NCBI RefSeq assembly: GCF_036321535.1 | Contig: NC_087447.1 | Span: 13,516,001 to 13,580,000, forward strand | Direction: 5' to 3' | DNA length: 64,000 nucleotides | Origin: Camelus dromedarius | Lineage: Eukaryota | Part shown: piece by piece, positions 39,921 through 54,049 of the stretch | Position numbering within the stretch: the stretch's first letter is position 1 | Layout: every line of letters starts with the position of its first letter | Position numbers and translations under genes: made by a program | The notes under the pieces: model-generated | The model's database searches: none | Told to the model about the DNA's origin: nothing | What the model saw: only the letters and a program-made list of their open reading frames with translations

Positions 39921-40847
39921 ATGGCTCTCCTCACGCCTCCCAACAATGTGACTGAATTTGTTCTCTTGGGACTCACGCAGGATCCACACTTGCAGAAAAT
40001 ACTCTTCTTTGTCTTTTTGCTCGTTTTCCTATTTACCGTGTTGGCCAACCTGCTCATGGTCATCACCATCTCCCTCAGCCCTGCACTTTCAGCTCCCATG
40101 TACTTCTTCCTCACCTACTTGTCCTTCATAGATGCTTCCTACACATGTGTCACCACCCCCAAAATGCTCATTGACCTGCTGCACCAGAGGAAAACCATCT
40201 CCTGGGGTGGCTGCCTGACTCAGCTCTTTGTGGAACATTTCCTGGGAGGATCAGAAATTATCCTCCTCATTACCATGGCTTATGACCGCTATGTGGCCAT
40301 CTGCAAGCCTCTGCACTACACGACCATCATGCGACAGGGGCTCTGTCAGCTCCTAGTGGTGGTGGCCTGGATTGGGGGCATCCTGCATGCCACTGTGCAG
40401 ATTCTTCTCATGGTCAACTTGCCATTCTGTGGCCCCAATGTCATTGACCACTTCATGTGTGATCTCTTTCCGCTGTTGAAGCTTGCCTGCAGCGACACCT
40501 ACAGGCTTGGAGTGGTGGTGGCAGCCAACAGTGGGGGCATGTGCTTACTCATTTTTTCCATGCTACTCATCTCCTACATAGTCGTCCTGCGCTCCCTGAA
40601 ATCCCACGGCTCTGAAGGGCGACGCAAGGCCCTCTCTACCTGTGGCTCCCACTTTATAGTTATGATACTCTTTTTTGTCCCTTGTATGTTCACCTACACA
40701 CGTCCTGTGGCCACCTACCCTGTAGACAAGTTGGTGACTATGTTCTTTGCAATATTCACTCCTATGTTAAATCCTATCATTTACACAGTGAGAAACACAG
40801 AGGTGAAAAATGCCATTAGGAGTTTGTTGAAGAGGAGGGTAATTTAG
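39921..40847 (+). CDS. Olfactory receptor family 4 (OR4C-type), intact 308 aa
   Basis: NVT sequon, [57 protein letters not shown]. Confidence 0.93.
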   Translation: MALLTPPNNVTEFVLLGLTQDPHLQKILFFVFLLVFLFTVLANLLMVITISLSPALSAPMYFFLTYLSFIDASYTCVTTPKMLIDLLHQRKTISWGGCLTQLFVEHFLGGSEIILLITMAYDRYVAICKPLHYTTIMRQGLCQLLVVVAWIGGILHATVQILLMVNLPFCGPNVIDHFMCDLFPLLKLACSDTYRLGVVVAANSGGMCLLIFSMLLISYIVVLRSLKSHGSEGRRKALSTCGSHFIVMILFFVPCMFTYTRPVATYPVDKLVTMFFAIFTPMLNPIIYTVRNTEVKNAIRSLLKRRVI

Positions 40848-43434
40848 GCTATTCATGATGCCAAGAAAGTGAGGATTTATATGAATATAGAGGATTATAT
40901 TTATCATAAAACATGAAAGAAAATTAAAAATTTTGTAGATCATTGACAGAAAAATTAAAGCCCAGAAACTAACACTCACTGAGTATATAAAACATGGCTA
41001 GTCCCTTTGCTGATGTTTTTAATAATTTTTAATGTATTTTATTAAGGCTTCAACATTCAAGTGCCTAGATTCAGGATATGCAATGGAAAGAACATCTATA
41101 AATCCTTGGTTTGATGATTCTACAGTATGTATTTCTGCAGAGCCTCACTGCTACTTTACTAAATTCTTTATACATATGTTACTTTGCTGAAACTGACTTT
41201 GCCATAGGTGTAGCGATCTATTTCAGCAGTACAGGATTTCCTCACATTCCAAAAGTTGGCATTACACCACTTGTTTTTTTAACAAAAGACCTACATTTGG
41301 GCTTGTTTTCACTAACTGAAATAAATCTGAAGAGGACTTCTGCTTTTGTGAAAACAAAAGCTATTACTATACTAACGTTGGCTTTTCTCCATGATACAAA
41401 CTTTAGGAAAGCAGATGACACCTGTAGTGCTCCTCTATGCATGTGGGAAATACCAGGTCATTCTACATTATTACATAACTCTTCATAAGTCAAAGCTTCT
41501 CTGATTACAGCACGCCAACTTGTGTTACTTCAAACAGATATCCCTTCCTCAAACTCACTGTTCCTCTGGGGCTATTTCTTCCATAATTTTACCATATGGT
41601 TATGCTTGAGCATTGCACACCTGTTTTTGTGGTGACCATTTACTAGCTTATGTTTGTAAAAACTCATAATAAATAGAAGCTTTTCCCACAATGTCAAAGC
41701 TTGGAAGATGATATAATTAACATTTAATCTATTAAAATGATCACGTTTGCAATGGATGGTAAGAATTAAACATTATAACAGAATCTAGACTAAATCACGT
41801 GTGGTTCATTTTGCCTTATGCCTGTTAGATAAATGAGAGTAAACCAGAGGTAATGAGAGGAAAAGTATTGAGTTTCTACTCTAAGACAAAAGGGAGGATT
41901 TGAAGAGGGAAATTAAGGCCAATGGTTGTGTCTTAAGGGCTATGACAAGGGCTCAGTGGAGAGGTAAACAAATTAGCAAGGTACAAATTATAAATTGTCA
42001 ACAGCAAACTTTGAAAGTGTAAGGACTGAAGAAGGAAATGTAAGGCAGTCTGACCTTGGTGGATGAAGTTTTGCTGGTTTGTGAATAATTTTAAGGAATG
42101 TTAAGATGTTCCTTTGTATTCATCATCAAGAATCTCATGAGGATCAAGTGCCATCTGATTATTTCTGATTATTAAAAATATATATAAGGAAATATGTTTC
42201 TCCTAAAAAATAGTGAGATAAATAAAATTTGGATTTGTTGTATAAGTATATTTTGGTTTAATTCGGACTTTTAATTCAGTGAAAACATTAGGCAATAAGT
42301 AAGGCGAGTGAGCTATTTTTGATGGTCGACTATGAGGCGTACATTTCGATACCCTCTTTAATAAATTAACTCTTTTAAGGTAGCAGCATTTATTATTAGA
42401 TTTTTATTCCATGTTATACAAGAAGAAAGTGAGACTTACTGAGGTTAAACAACAATATCAAGTCTCTGAAACTCTACTTCCTCTATTTTTCCCACTTCAC
42501 AATACATTTTCCTATCATGATGTGAAAATCCCAAAACGCAGATCTGATTATTGGCTGTGTGAAGATTGTCATTGGGGCATTCTTCTTTTATTTTTGGCAA
42601 TGGGGCACTTTCTCTCTTCAGCTCTCCATTGACCTCCATTTCCCAGGCTCCTTGCTCTCTCTTGGTTCCTCTTTTGTCAGGGAAAAGCCATCTGATGATC
42701 TCTTTTCTGAGGATATATTACCCTTCATGGACATTATGAAAAGGCAAATGTCATGGGCTCAAGAAATAAAATTCAAAGAACGTGACACTTAGATGAAAGG
42801 TATTTGGAGGAAAAATAAACAACTCAATCACTAAGGAGATTAATACCTTGTTAATTCTGAGGACAGCACCTTGAAGAGCTAAAAAGGTACTATTTCCACA
42901 GGGCTTTCTCATTGTTATCCCATAGTGTTAATTTTATTCCTGGAAAAATGGCTCCATGGTCAATTCAGTTTAGGAAATTTTGACTTACTTAATTTACTGA
43001 AAAAATACTATTCAGTGCCTAGAGTGGGCCACAGATATATGGGAGCTGTGTATTCAACATTGAATATACAGACAGAGTTGTGTTTGTGTGGAACTTTCAT
43101 TCCAGTGGGTAGCAGATGGATTATAAACAAGTAAACAAATAAATTATAAAATATAATTTTGTTAGTAATGGGTATGATGAAAAATATTTTGTAAGAAGAT
43201 GATCCAGGAGACAATTGGATATAAATTTGTGTAATTGTTTGACACACAGCTAGAATTTTATTTAGGATCAAGTATAAATAACTACATTATTCCCCCTTCA
43301 TTTAAAAAAATAAGTAGGTTACTCTAACACATGTATTTGAACTGGGGATAATATGGGCCCCAAGTAGGTAAAAATGGTTTCTTGAGGAGTGAAAATATCT
43401 TACTATTTTTTCTAAGTAAATCTCTCTCCCTCAT

Positions 43435-43794
43435 ACACACACACACACACACACACATAACACATAAAAAGTAGTGTAATTATGGTATTATTATTTTAAA
43501 GGGGGAGGTGATTAAGGGAACAGAATGCCTAAGAAAGTGCCTTTGGAGGACAATAATATAAAAAGTTTAAGGCATACTGCCCCAACTACTGTCTAAATGG
43601 TTAGTTAAGAGCACGGAGTAACTTTAGAATGTTAGTAGAGGTCATCCAAACACAGATGTTGGCCCATCACCTGTGAGGACCATATTCAGTAAAACTGACA
43701 GGTCTTCCTTCTCAGGAGACTTCCCAGAATGTATGGTCAATGATGCTAATGAATCAGCTGGAATCTGTGAAGTGTGTTGTAAATGTAGGAGATA

Positions 43795-43826
<32 letters not shown>
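43435..43826. repeat. (CA)n at 43435-43457 and (TA)n-(T)16 at 43792-43826
   Basis: Directly visible. Confidence 0.9.
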
Positions 43827-46009
43827 ACTATTGAAAGCTGAAAAAGAATGAAGGCTATAACCCCAAATATTTCTAAATTGAAAACATGTCATTTGAGAAC
43901 ACTAATTGTTATGAAGTAAGAAAGACTTTAGTCCTTGATTTTTTCTGGCTGAGGAACATTTTTGAATTTTGTATATTGGCAACTCTCCTGCAGATAGATG
44001 TGATACAACTTTAATAACAGCCTTAAAGGATGTGGAGAGCACCACATTAGGTGATAGAGAAATTGGGCCTGGTAAGAGGTAGGCGGCCAAGAACAAGTCG
44101 TGTTGATTTTCTTCATGTATATTATCAGGCAGATAATCGTGTGGCCATTCTTCTATTGAAGAAGAAGAACTTAGTTGTTGAGCAAATAATTGAACTGTTA
44201 ACAGCATGATCTGGCTTTGTGAGGGTGGAGCATCATCTTGGCCTGGCTCCAGTGAAGCTCTGCCCCTGGGAAAAGTGGATCATTGCAGGGACAGATGGGA
44301 TTTCACTGGTGTGGTGATTGGTGCCTCCGTCAGTACAGATACAGCCTCAAAGGGATGCAGTTGAAATGATGCAAGTCTGCACATGATGAAATCCTGTGCC
44401 AATTAAAAATGGCACCGTGCCCTCTTTTAGCCCAGGTCTGTCACCCAAAGGAGAACATCTTAGTAACGATGTTTCTTGTAAGATGTGGACTAGAAAGTGT
44501 TTACAAAATAAACTCAAATACAGCTAACTGGCACAGTTCCATGATTTTGTAAACAGCTTATCTGTCTGCCTTTTTTGGGAGGGGGCAACCTTTCCCATTT
44601 TGATGAAATTTGAATTCCTTTGTCATCCACAAGAGTTGTTTCCTATATAAATCCCTGGACACTTAGAGCATCTGTTTTAATTCTTTCTTTACAATCATTA
44701 GAAACTCTGGTCTTATCAAAATAACTCCTCATTTAGTGATTGAATGATTTGCTCCCACTGTAGTTCCTGATTTACCTGCCTTCAGGCTTAGATTTGCTGA
44801 GTTGAAATTCTAATGTGTCATGATTCCCAGCTCTTTTGTAGGTGGAAGTTCATGTAAGTATATCCTGGATGGGGCTAGAACTTCAGTTACCCGAGCATGA
44901 TCCTAGAAAATTTAATTGCACAATTTCTGCCTTCTTCTTAGAGGGACCACCAGGTAACTGCCTTTTAGAGGTTACAGAGGTGACATGAGAGTGAGTTTTG
45001 GAGTTGATGTTAACAACTTTTTAGAGTATATGAAACATGCTCTTATTAATTTGAAGCACTATTTTGAAATCATTGAAATAGTCTTATTGAATCACTTACA
45101 TGCATGCATGATAATGTTTAAAATGTGCCAGGAGTTCACCTGTTTTGTCTGTATAAGCAAATTGTAGCCTCAGGATGGACTGCTTTGAGCTATCAATAGA
45201 TTTTTAGCTTAATTTACTTTAATCTCTTTTGACATAACTGAAATTTACGTGTCTACCTTCTGGTTTCTATCCAGATCATGAGATTAGGAACTAAAATTGT
45301 GTGTTTACATTTCAGAGGCTGTGTCTTAGGAAAAGAAGGAATAGGAGTGTCTGGTCTGTATAGGTTAGTTTTAGACAGATATTATATTTTTATGTACTTC
45401 TGTATGGAGTAAAACACGTAAATGACTGTACATAAAGCTACACACAAATGCACATCTGAAGAGCATGCACTGAACTAATGATAGAGGGTCAAGTGAATCC
45501 TTATGGTTGGGAGTGGTCCTTTGACTTAAAACTTCCTATCATTCTATCTCTGTAAACTATTCTCCATTGACCATGTTTTACTTTTATAACTCTTAGAAAT
45601 AAAATGTTTTTAATTAAACTATTCTACTTTTGGTTAGAGCTATGTTGTAGAAAATAATTTTGGTAGATTTTTCTCTTTAAGTCAATTCAGAAAATTATAT
45701 CTTGCCAAGTGTTGAAGAGTCACTAAGCTGACCTCCTGCTCTCTGGCTGAGCATTTGATAGGTGTGTATATAAACGCATGATTCAAAGGCAGGGGACCTG
45801 TTTTTAAAATAGTGTGTGGTCAGTAGCAGTCTCCTCATGCTGGGATAAGAAATGAGGAAGCTGATCTAGGCCTTTTACATTTATAAAATCCTTTCAACTT
45901 TACAACAACTCTGTGGGGTAAGTGACATTACTTTCTGATTTTACATAGAATGAAACTGAAGCATGGAGAGGTTGTCTGGCATAGCATGGGTACTCAGAAG
46001 AAAGAACTA

Positions 46010-46704
46010 GCTTACTTCACTTAGAATGACAACCTCTAAGTCAGTCCATGTTGCTGCAAATGGTGTTATTTTATTTTTTTACAGCAAAGTAGAATTCTAT
46101 TATATAAATATACCACAACTTCTTATCTAGTCATCTGTTGATGGACATTTAGGCTGTTTCCATGTCTTGGCTATTGTGAATAGTGTTGCTAGGAACATTG
46201 GGATCCATGTATCTTTTCAAATTAGAGTTCCCTCTAGATATATACTCAGAAGTGGGAGTGCAGGATATGGTGAGTCTATTTTTAGTTTTTTTGAGGAATC
46301 TCCATTCTGTTTTCCATAATGGCTGCACCAGACAACATTCCCCACCAGCAGTGTAAGAAGATTCCCTTTTCTCCACACGCTCTCAAGCATTTATTGTTCA
46401 TCGACTTGAATGACAGCCATTCTGACTGGTGTGACATGATACCTCATTGCTGATAATCATTCTAAGTGAAGTAAGCCAGAAAGAGAAAGAAAAAATACCA
46501 CGTGATAACATTCATATGTGGAATCAGAAGGAAAAAAAAAGAAAGAAAAAAGAAGACATTATGAAGTCATCTACAAAACAGAAACAGACTCACAGACATA
46601 GTGAAGAATCTTACAGTTACTGGGGAAAGGGGGTGGGAAGGGATAAATTTGGAAGTTTGAGATTTGCAAATGTTAGCCACTATATATAAAAATAGATTTA
46701 AAAA
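46010..46704. mobile_element. 5'-inverted (twin-primed) L1 insertion with a 14-bp target-site duplication
   Basis: AGAAGAAAGAACTA at 45996-46009 and 46705-46718. Inverted ORF2/3' segment at ~46011-46449 (-), then a sense 3' UTR at ~46452-46704 (+). Confidence 0.9.
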
Positions 46705-49700
46705 AGAAGAAAGAACTAACCTCTGTGAAAAATTAAGAATGTACACAGGTTTCTTTAAGGTTATAGTGCTTACTACTCATTTCCAAGTGAACATTGGTCT
46801 GGCAATGTGCATCTATTCAAGACACCTCATACCTCAGGTTAAAAGGGGTGAATATTACCAAGTTTTATGAGACACACAAAACATGCCAGGACATCGCAAT
46901 GTTTAATAAACATTTCAGCTATAATTTAACATTTTAAATTACATTTCAATGTTTCTAAGGTTGAATATTAAATTTTAAACTCTAACACTAGGAACTTAAT
47001 ATAAATGTGCAACAACTCTGAAAAAAGCAACTGAGATTTAGACAGAATATATAATTTCTAATTAAATATAACCCTGGAAGGTCTGTAATAAAATCCAGGT
47101 TTTTCTGATGTCAAAGTTCATAAATTTCAACCATATACACCAGGTTTCCCCTTCTTTCTTCTTGCCTTGTTCATACTGCTGTCCTTCTTGTTCACTTTCT
47201 AAATTTTAAATTTATAAGAGTAGAATTGTCTAAATTGTCTTGTCAAGGGCTAGCTCATTTCATCTTTTTTGAAATCTATAAAGCATACTGACATTTCCCC
47301 TTCTGGAGCTTATTTTGCACATGCACTGTTTCAGGAGTGCTCATTCTGACTCCCTCTTTATGGAGAGGGCATTGCCTTGAATCCCTTGCACTAACAGACA
47401 AGCTTTTAAATGAGACATACGTACAGTCTAGGTAATAATCAGACAAATGAAGAAATGTAATTCCTCACTTCTCTATATGAGCAGTCTTTTGAGCAATGGC
47501 ATTTCACAGGAACACTGGAAAGAGCAGACAACATCACAAAGAGGATCTGAAGACAGTGATTCAACACTCAACTGGGAGTCCAGGTATGGTCCAGCTCTTG
47601 GTTTTGGCTAAAGTATGTCTAGGAATAAAAATGGTAAAGATGGAAGATGGCAAATGAGATTCTTGAGCCTGACTGTCAGAGGAAGAGCAGCCAGGCTCTG
47701 AGAACAGTGCTGTCTCAATTCTGGACTTAGAGGCTGGTGCTGGTTTGCCTGGGCCCATGTTCTATGAAGTTTTCCTTGGATGAATTCAACTTCATGAATG
47801 TAATTAAATGAACTTAAATGACTAGTGTGTACACAGTACCACATTCAAATTTTGATGGAAAGAGAATCAATTAGCTCTCCCTAAGCATACACATAGGAGT
47901 TAAAATTAACATGAAATTAAAAAAAAATTAACTAAGGAGCTAATTGAATGACTGCTGATTTGCAACCTATACACATACGTAGCAGTTATCCAGGGCAATA
48001 GGTGAAGGGGGTCTTGGGGCATGAAGTGAGGCTGAAAGAGGAGTGGTAATGGATTTGTTTAACAGATGGCACAGGCATAGGAAGCAGGAAGTCAGGAGCT
48101 TATAATAATAAAAAAAAAAATCATGATGAATTATTAGTGTTCTCCAAGCATTCTCATGCCTGTTACTTCCTTCAATCCCCAAGAAAGTGTTGTGAGGCAG
48201 GGCATACAATTCTTGGAGGAGCTGAGAGGATACTGGTCAGTAGCCTGAGTGATGAACTTAATCCCATAGACACCAAGAGTCTTTGGGCAGGTTACACAAG
48301 TTCTGCAAACCATATCCACTGCATTAGAAAACACTAAATACAATGCTAGTTCGTATCTCATATGGATTCTGTGGGAATTAAAAAAGAAAACCATGAAGAT
48401 CTTAGCACAGAAACCTCAAATAATAACTCCTTGACACATACTGACTTTAACTGCTGCTGCATTATTTTATTTTCACAGGATTTGAAGACTCTGCAGTCAG
48501 TAAGTGGCCTGACTGCAGTGGAGAGCTAAGTCTGTCCAACCTCGAACCCATGGCCTTTCCCACTGTACAAAACAGACTGAGGTGTGTTCTGGCAGTAAGA
48601 GATGGGCTTGACTGCACTGGGAGGGAATCATAGAAAAGTATGAGGTTGACTACTCTGGGGGAGGGTCTTGAATTCAGACTGGGAAGTTGAGAAATGGACC
48701 AGCAGTCAATATAGTTCTGTGATGAGGTCACAGATTTTAGTACAGAAGAGGTATTATTATCTATTTTGTTCTAGGCTATTTTGCTTTTAAATATTTTAAG
48801 TCATGAGATGGTGCAAAGGGAATCTTACTTTGAAGCGTAAACATTTAAAGCAGATAAGAGCCAAGCTGCTGTGTTTCAAAGGGACACAGTCCCTAAAACA
48901 GCTCCTTCAAACTCCTCATTCTTCAATACTCCACCACAATGGCCTGGCTCTCCAGATGAGGAAACTGGGTTCCAGAGTGGTGAACAATGTAACAACACAT
49001 TCTAGGAGTTAGAAGGACAACCTGGAATAAAACCCCACAATCCTCATTTCCCAGAACGTGTCCCTTCTACTACATTGGGGCTATTAAAGAATGTTTTAAT
49101 TTCTTGGACTGGAAATGGGAGGGGTTCTGTTAAGCCATATTGTAGATTTGTGAAGACCATCATGGGAGCCGTGTGCTTTGTTTAGTAAGAGGAATGATTT
49201 TAAGAATGGGCCTTTGTGTATTTAGAAGGGTCTTAGAGAATGTGTAGCTTACATCCCTGTTTAAAGCAATGGTCTCTACTGTGTTTTCACCAAGTGACAG
49301 ACAGCCTCTGCTTAAGTACCTCAAGCAAAGAGAAGTTTGCCAATGAAGTGGTTCTTTTACTACATCATTTGACTCTATTAACAATTGTATTTAGCCAGTT
49401 GAGGCCACTGCTCACTTCTTCAGTGGTATAGTGTAACAGTGAAGGACTTGTATTTCAAAATGGGATTACCTCAATTCATAATCCCTGCTCAACATTATCA
49501 TAGAAGAAACAACATAGCTTGTTATTGATATTGATTTTGATTCAGGAAAACCTGGACTTGCACTATTTACTAGCTGTGGTGACTTACTGTCATTTTTTTT
49601 TTTTTTACATCTTTATGTCCTAGTATCTTATCTCTAAAATGAAGAAAATAAAATAGTCCATTGCCTGAAACATAGTAGTGATTCATTGAATAGTCACAGT

Positions 49701-50428
49701 ATGTGATAATAATCCATCTGGAGAAGAAGAAATGTAAATGGAAAAAGTATAGATTCTTAACAAGTGGAAAGTCTTTGGGATATGACCCTTCTGTCTTGTA
49801 GGCTCTTCAACTAGCACATTCTAGGTGCTCAATAAGTATATGGAGTAAATGAGTGAGAATTTGAACGAGATGTTCTAAGTTCTTGGACTTGGGTGTGGCT
49901 AGTGGTAGGTTAAGGTCAGCTTCCCAGCTTGAGCTTCCTCAGAGGCAGTGGGTGAGTGAAGGGCTTGTGTGTAGGTAGTTTGTTGGGAAACAGAATGAAG
50001 GCAGTGAATGGGGTGAGTGAAACAGGGAAGGACAGAAAGTGAATCCAAGATTGTGTTAAGCTGGTTACCATTTATCCACTGGCTCCTGTCTACTAATGAT
50101 CTAGGGTTTCCTGAAAGTATGTTAATTCTTCATAGAGCCAGGTGTATGTAAGTGATGAAGAAGGGTCTTCTAAGTGTCTCAAGCAGCAACTGTCTGGAAG
50201 GAAAGCAAGAGGTACACTGGAAAGAGATGTTGGGGGGATTAGCAGGATGAAGCTGTTCTCAGAATATAATTGTTAGCAGCTGGTTGCTGTATCCATGGCT
50301 GGAGAAAAGGTAGGTCAAGTGTATGTAAGATAGACTGCAAAACAATGTCCAACACACTCAATAATTAAAAATATTTTTTTTGTAGATTTTCTAGCTCAGA
50401 GAGATAAGCTTATATCAGAGCACAGTGA

Positions 50429-51358
50429 ATGGAGAATCTCAATAATGTGACTGAATTCATTCTTTTGGGCATTACAAAGAATCCAGAGCTGAGGAAAATA
50501 CTCTCTGCTGTGTTTCTAATCATGTATGTGTCCACCGTCTTGGGAAACCTCCTCATTGTGGTAACCATGGTCACAGATCAGAGTCTGAGATCACCTATGT
50601 ATTTTTTTCTTACCTCCTTTTCCCTCATGGATACAACCTTCTCTTCTGTCATTGCCCCCAAGTTGATTGTGGACTCCCTCTCTGAGAGCACTACCATCTC
50701 CTTCAAAGGCTGCATGGCCCAGCTCTTTGCAGATCATTTGTTTGGTGGAGTGGGGATCATCCTTCTCACTGTCATGGCCTATGACCGCTACGTGGCCATC
50801 TTTAAGCCCCTGCACTACATGACCATCATGAGGCCTCGGGTGTGCTGCCTGTTGCTGGGAGGGGCCTGGCTGGGGGGACTTTTCCACGCAGTTATACAGC
50901 TTCTATTTATATATCAGATACCCTTCTGTGGCCCCAATGTCATTGATCACTTTATGTGTGATTTGTTTCCATTGTTGAAACTGGCCTGCATGGACACCCA
51001 CATCCTGGGCCTCTTGGTCATCCTCAACAGTGGGGTGATGTGTCTGGCCATCTTCCTTATCCTCATCACCTCCTACATGGTCATCCTCTGCTCCCTGAAG
51101 TCCTGCAGCTCTGAAGGATGGCATAAAGCTCTCTCCACCTGTGGCTCCCACCTCATGGTGGTCATCTTGTTCTTTGTGCCATGCATTTTCTTGTATGTGA
51201 GGCCTGTAGTCACGTACCCCATAGACAAGGCAATGGCCATGTCCTCTACTATCATCACACCCATGTTAAATCCCTTGATTTATACATTGAGGAACACGGA
51301 GATGAAAAACGCCATGAGGAAACTGTGGATGAAACAAGCAACCTTGTGTGGTCATTAG
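50429..51358 (+). CDS. OR4C6: Olfactory receptor family 4, OR4C6-like, open 309 aa
   Basis: [67 protein letters not shown] and KLWMK match human OR4C6 as recalled. The symbol means -like. The conserved YVAIC is YVAIF. Confidence 0.9.
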   Translation: MENLNNVTEFILLGITKNPELRKILSAVFLIMYVSTVLGNLLIVVTMVTDQSLRSPMYFFLTSFSLMDTTFSSVIAPKLIVDSLSESTTISFKGCMAQLFADHLFGGVGIILLTVMAYDRYVAIFKPLHYMTIMRPRVCCLLLGGAWLGGLFHAVIQLLFIYQIPFCGPNVIDHFMCDLFPLLKLACMDTHILGLLVILNSGVMCLAIFLILITSYMVILCSLKSCSSEGWHKALSTCGSHLMVVILFFVPCIFLYVRPVVTYPIDKAMAMSSTIITPMLNPLIYTLRNTEMKNAMRKLWMKQATLCGH

Positions 51359-52704
51359 CTTATATGCTAAGAACAAATCTTTCATAAAGGACAATGAGGT
51401 CTTACACTCCCAATTCATTCTAATCCACTGGGGACACAGCAACCAATTATGCAAATCTGGTTTAAAATGCAAATCTGGTTAATATTCAAATCATGTTACT
51501 GCCTACCTCTCAAGTATATTTTATATTTTATCCTTTTTCTTGAGGCTCTGATAGCTCTCATTCTCTCCTCTCTGTCTCTCTTTCTCCCTCCTTATTTAAC
51601 CTGTATTTTGAATAATTCAAACATTTCCCAGTTTAGGGCTTTTGTTTTTCTTACTCTGTTCACTGCTAGAATTCTCTTTCCCAGAGATTTTACTTCACAG
51701 ATTCCATCTCATTGTTTTTCCACTTTCAGATGAACTCCCATCTTCTTCAACAAGTATTTCCTGATGACTTTCTCTAGTCATTCCCTCTCAGTTTTTCTCT
51801 AACTCTTCATCTGCTTATACCTCTAACATCAATAATTACAAGCTATACTTTAAAAATTATTTCTTGATTTTTACTTTCTCTGTTTTCCCATAAGATCATA
51901 ATCCTTGTAAAGGTGGGAGTTTGTTTATTCAATCATGTTGTGGGTAGAACACTGGCAGTCACCTAACAGGCGCTTAATAAATACTACTGAGTTAACATAA
52001 GTCTAAAAGAAACTTTTAAGAAATATTTGCAAATTCACAAGTTGGGTAAAAATTAGGGGACAATAAATAAATATAAACTCTTTACGAGTTAGAATTTTCC
52101 CAGATTTCATGCTGCCAAATGTCCTTTGGGGAAGCTTTTGGAAGAAACAGCAATTTCAAGTTATTAGGCTACTATTCAATGTGGAAGACAACACTACCCA
52201 AATTTTCTACTTCCTCTTTTCTTCCTTTAGAGAAGTAGAATAAAAATCACTCATGTCAACATACTTCCAAATCTGGTGTCTAAATCTTGAAACATATAGA
52301 TGAGTTATCTTGATGAGAAAAGAGCAACCCTAGAGACTTTTTTTTTAACAATGTGAAAAACAATTCTTGCTATTGTAGAGTTGAATTTCTAAATCCAAAA
52401 GTTGCTTATTTTCTTCCAGATCATGCTTTGTCTGTCATTAGACAGACACTGATGCTCTTTAAAACTGCCTCCCTTGACTGGGTATATGGGAAGACTAGGG
52501 TTTTAGTCTAATTTAGTATGCTCTTATGGTTTTCTTATTTTTAAAAATATATGATGTAAATGATAATAATTACAGTATCAGTTATAGTATTTCAAACAGT
52601 ATAGCATGATATTTGAAGGAATATTTTTATCTGGAAATATAAGATGTGTATGTGTAATAAGTATTTCACATTAATTATCATCAACTCTTTTCAAGAACCA
52701 AGAT

Positions 52705-53220
52705 ATTCATTCATTTTTTTGAAGAATATCTGCTGAGTTTGTATGAAGCATCAAATAATCTTATAGGATTGGGGTATACTAGTGATGAATAAGGCAATAG
52801 ATTTTCATTTTGTCCTCAAGTTGACTTTCTAGTGCAGGAGACAACATATAAAATGAAAATAAGGTCAAAGAATATATAAAAATGAAAATAAGGCCATAGA
52901 ATGACTGATTCTCTGAAAAGTGTAATGGAGTGGTGCATGGGTGACTGGATAACTCTAGTTAAGTGGACAAAGGGGACTTTTCTGAGAGATTATTTCTAAA
53001 CTGAGACCTGAAAGGCGAGATAGAACCATCCTCAAGCACATCGGTTGGAAAAGCATTCAAGGCAATAGAGAAAAAGTTGTGCAGAAACCCTCGGGTAGGA
53101 ACCAGCCTGTCATGCAGAAGTTCAGGGAGGTCAGTGACGGGACAAGAGGGAGTGTGGTGCAAGGTGAGATGTGAAAGGTGCGCTGGGCGCTGATCAAGGT
53201 ATCAATTATTTTTTAACCCT
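52705..53220 (-). mobile_element. L2 fragment
   Basis: Begins ttcattcatt (reverse of the L2 tail), with ctaaactgagacctgaaagg...gcattcaaggcaatagag. Confidence 0.7.
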
Positions 53221-53419
53221 CAGGTTCGAAAAGTACTTGGGCATCAGAGTAACTCTTAGAATAAAAATGAAGAATCTAATCTTTCATGAGCTTATAGATG
53301 ACACAAATTGCTATCAGATATATTTGCACAGAGGTTTTAAAAAAAAACTTTTGCTATGTCAGTAGCAAAGCATAATGTTTACTGCCTGCTGCAGTTATTT
53401 TAAATTGAATTCCTGGATA

Positions 53420-54049
53420 TGATGCAGGAAAACAGATGTGCGGCATAAGAAGGGCTGTGTCCCAGGCTTCAGTTGAGCCCCTGGGATGTGCCCCACCAGA
53501 TGTGGGTCCTTGGCTTCATGCAGGAAGGAATTCAAGTGAGCCACAGTTGAGTAAAAGTAGATTTATTCAGAGAGATACATTGAAAAGTAAGAGAAAGGTC
53601 ACAAGGTGTGGGGATTGGGCACTCAGATTAAAAGCAGGTACATACTCCATAGACAGAATGTGGGCCTTCTCTGAAGGGGAGAGAGAGGGAGAGGCCACTG
53701 CCATGAGACACTGTGTTGCCAGTTTTTATGGGCTTGGTGGCTTCATATGCTAATAAGTGGAAGGACCAGTCTAAGTAGCTTGCAGAAGGGGCTGGGATTC
53801 CCAGGAAGTTGGCCATTTCCCACTTTGACCTTTTGTGGCTAGCCTTGGGACTGCCATGGTGCCTGTGGGCATGTTATTCACCATGTTAATATATTACAAT
53901 GGGTGTATAATGAAGCTCAAGTTTTCCTAGAAGTTAAATCTCCCATCATCTTGAGCCTCAAGGCCCACTAGGGGTTGAATCTTCCACCATTTTGATGTTA
54001 ACTGCTGTAGCAATCCTTGAATGGCTGTGCCCACCCCCTTCCTGACTCA
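53420..54049 (-). mobile_element. ERV1-type solo LTR, ~630 bp
   Basis: Imperfect terminal inverted repeats TGATGCAGGA and TCCTGACTCA. AATAAA on the - strand (gatttattc, ~53561). No clear target-site duplication. Confidence 0.7.

Noticed and set aside
44383-44470. Box C-like ATGATGA suggesting a snoRNA copy
   Set aside because: No box D (CTGA) at a suitable distance and no terminal stem.
52846-52902. ~29-bp tandem duplication inside the L2
   Set aside because: A common small duplication with no functional cue.
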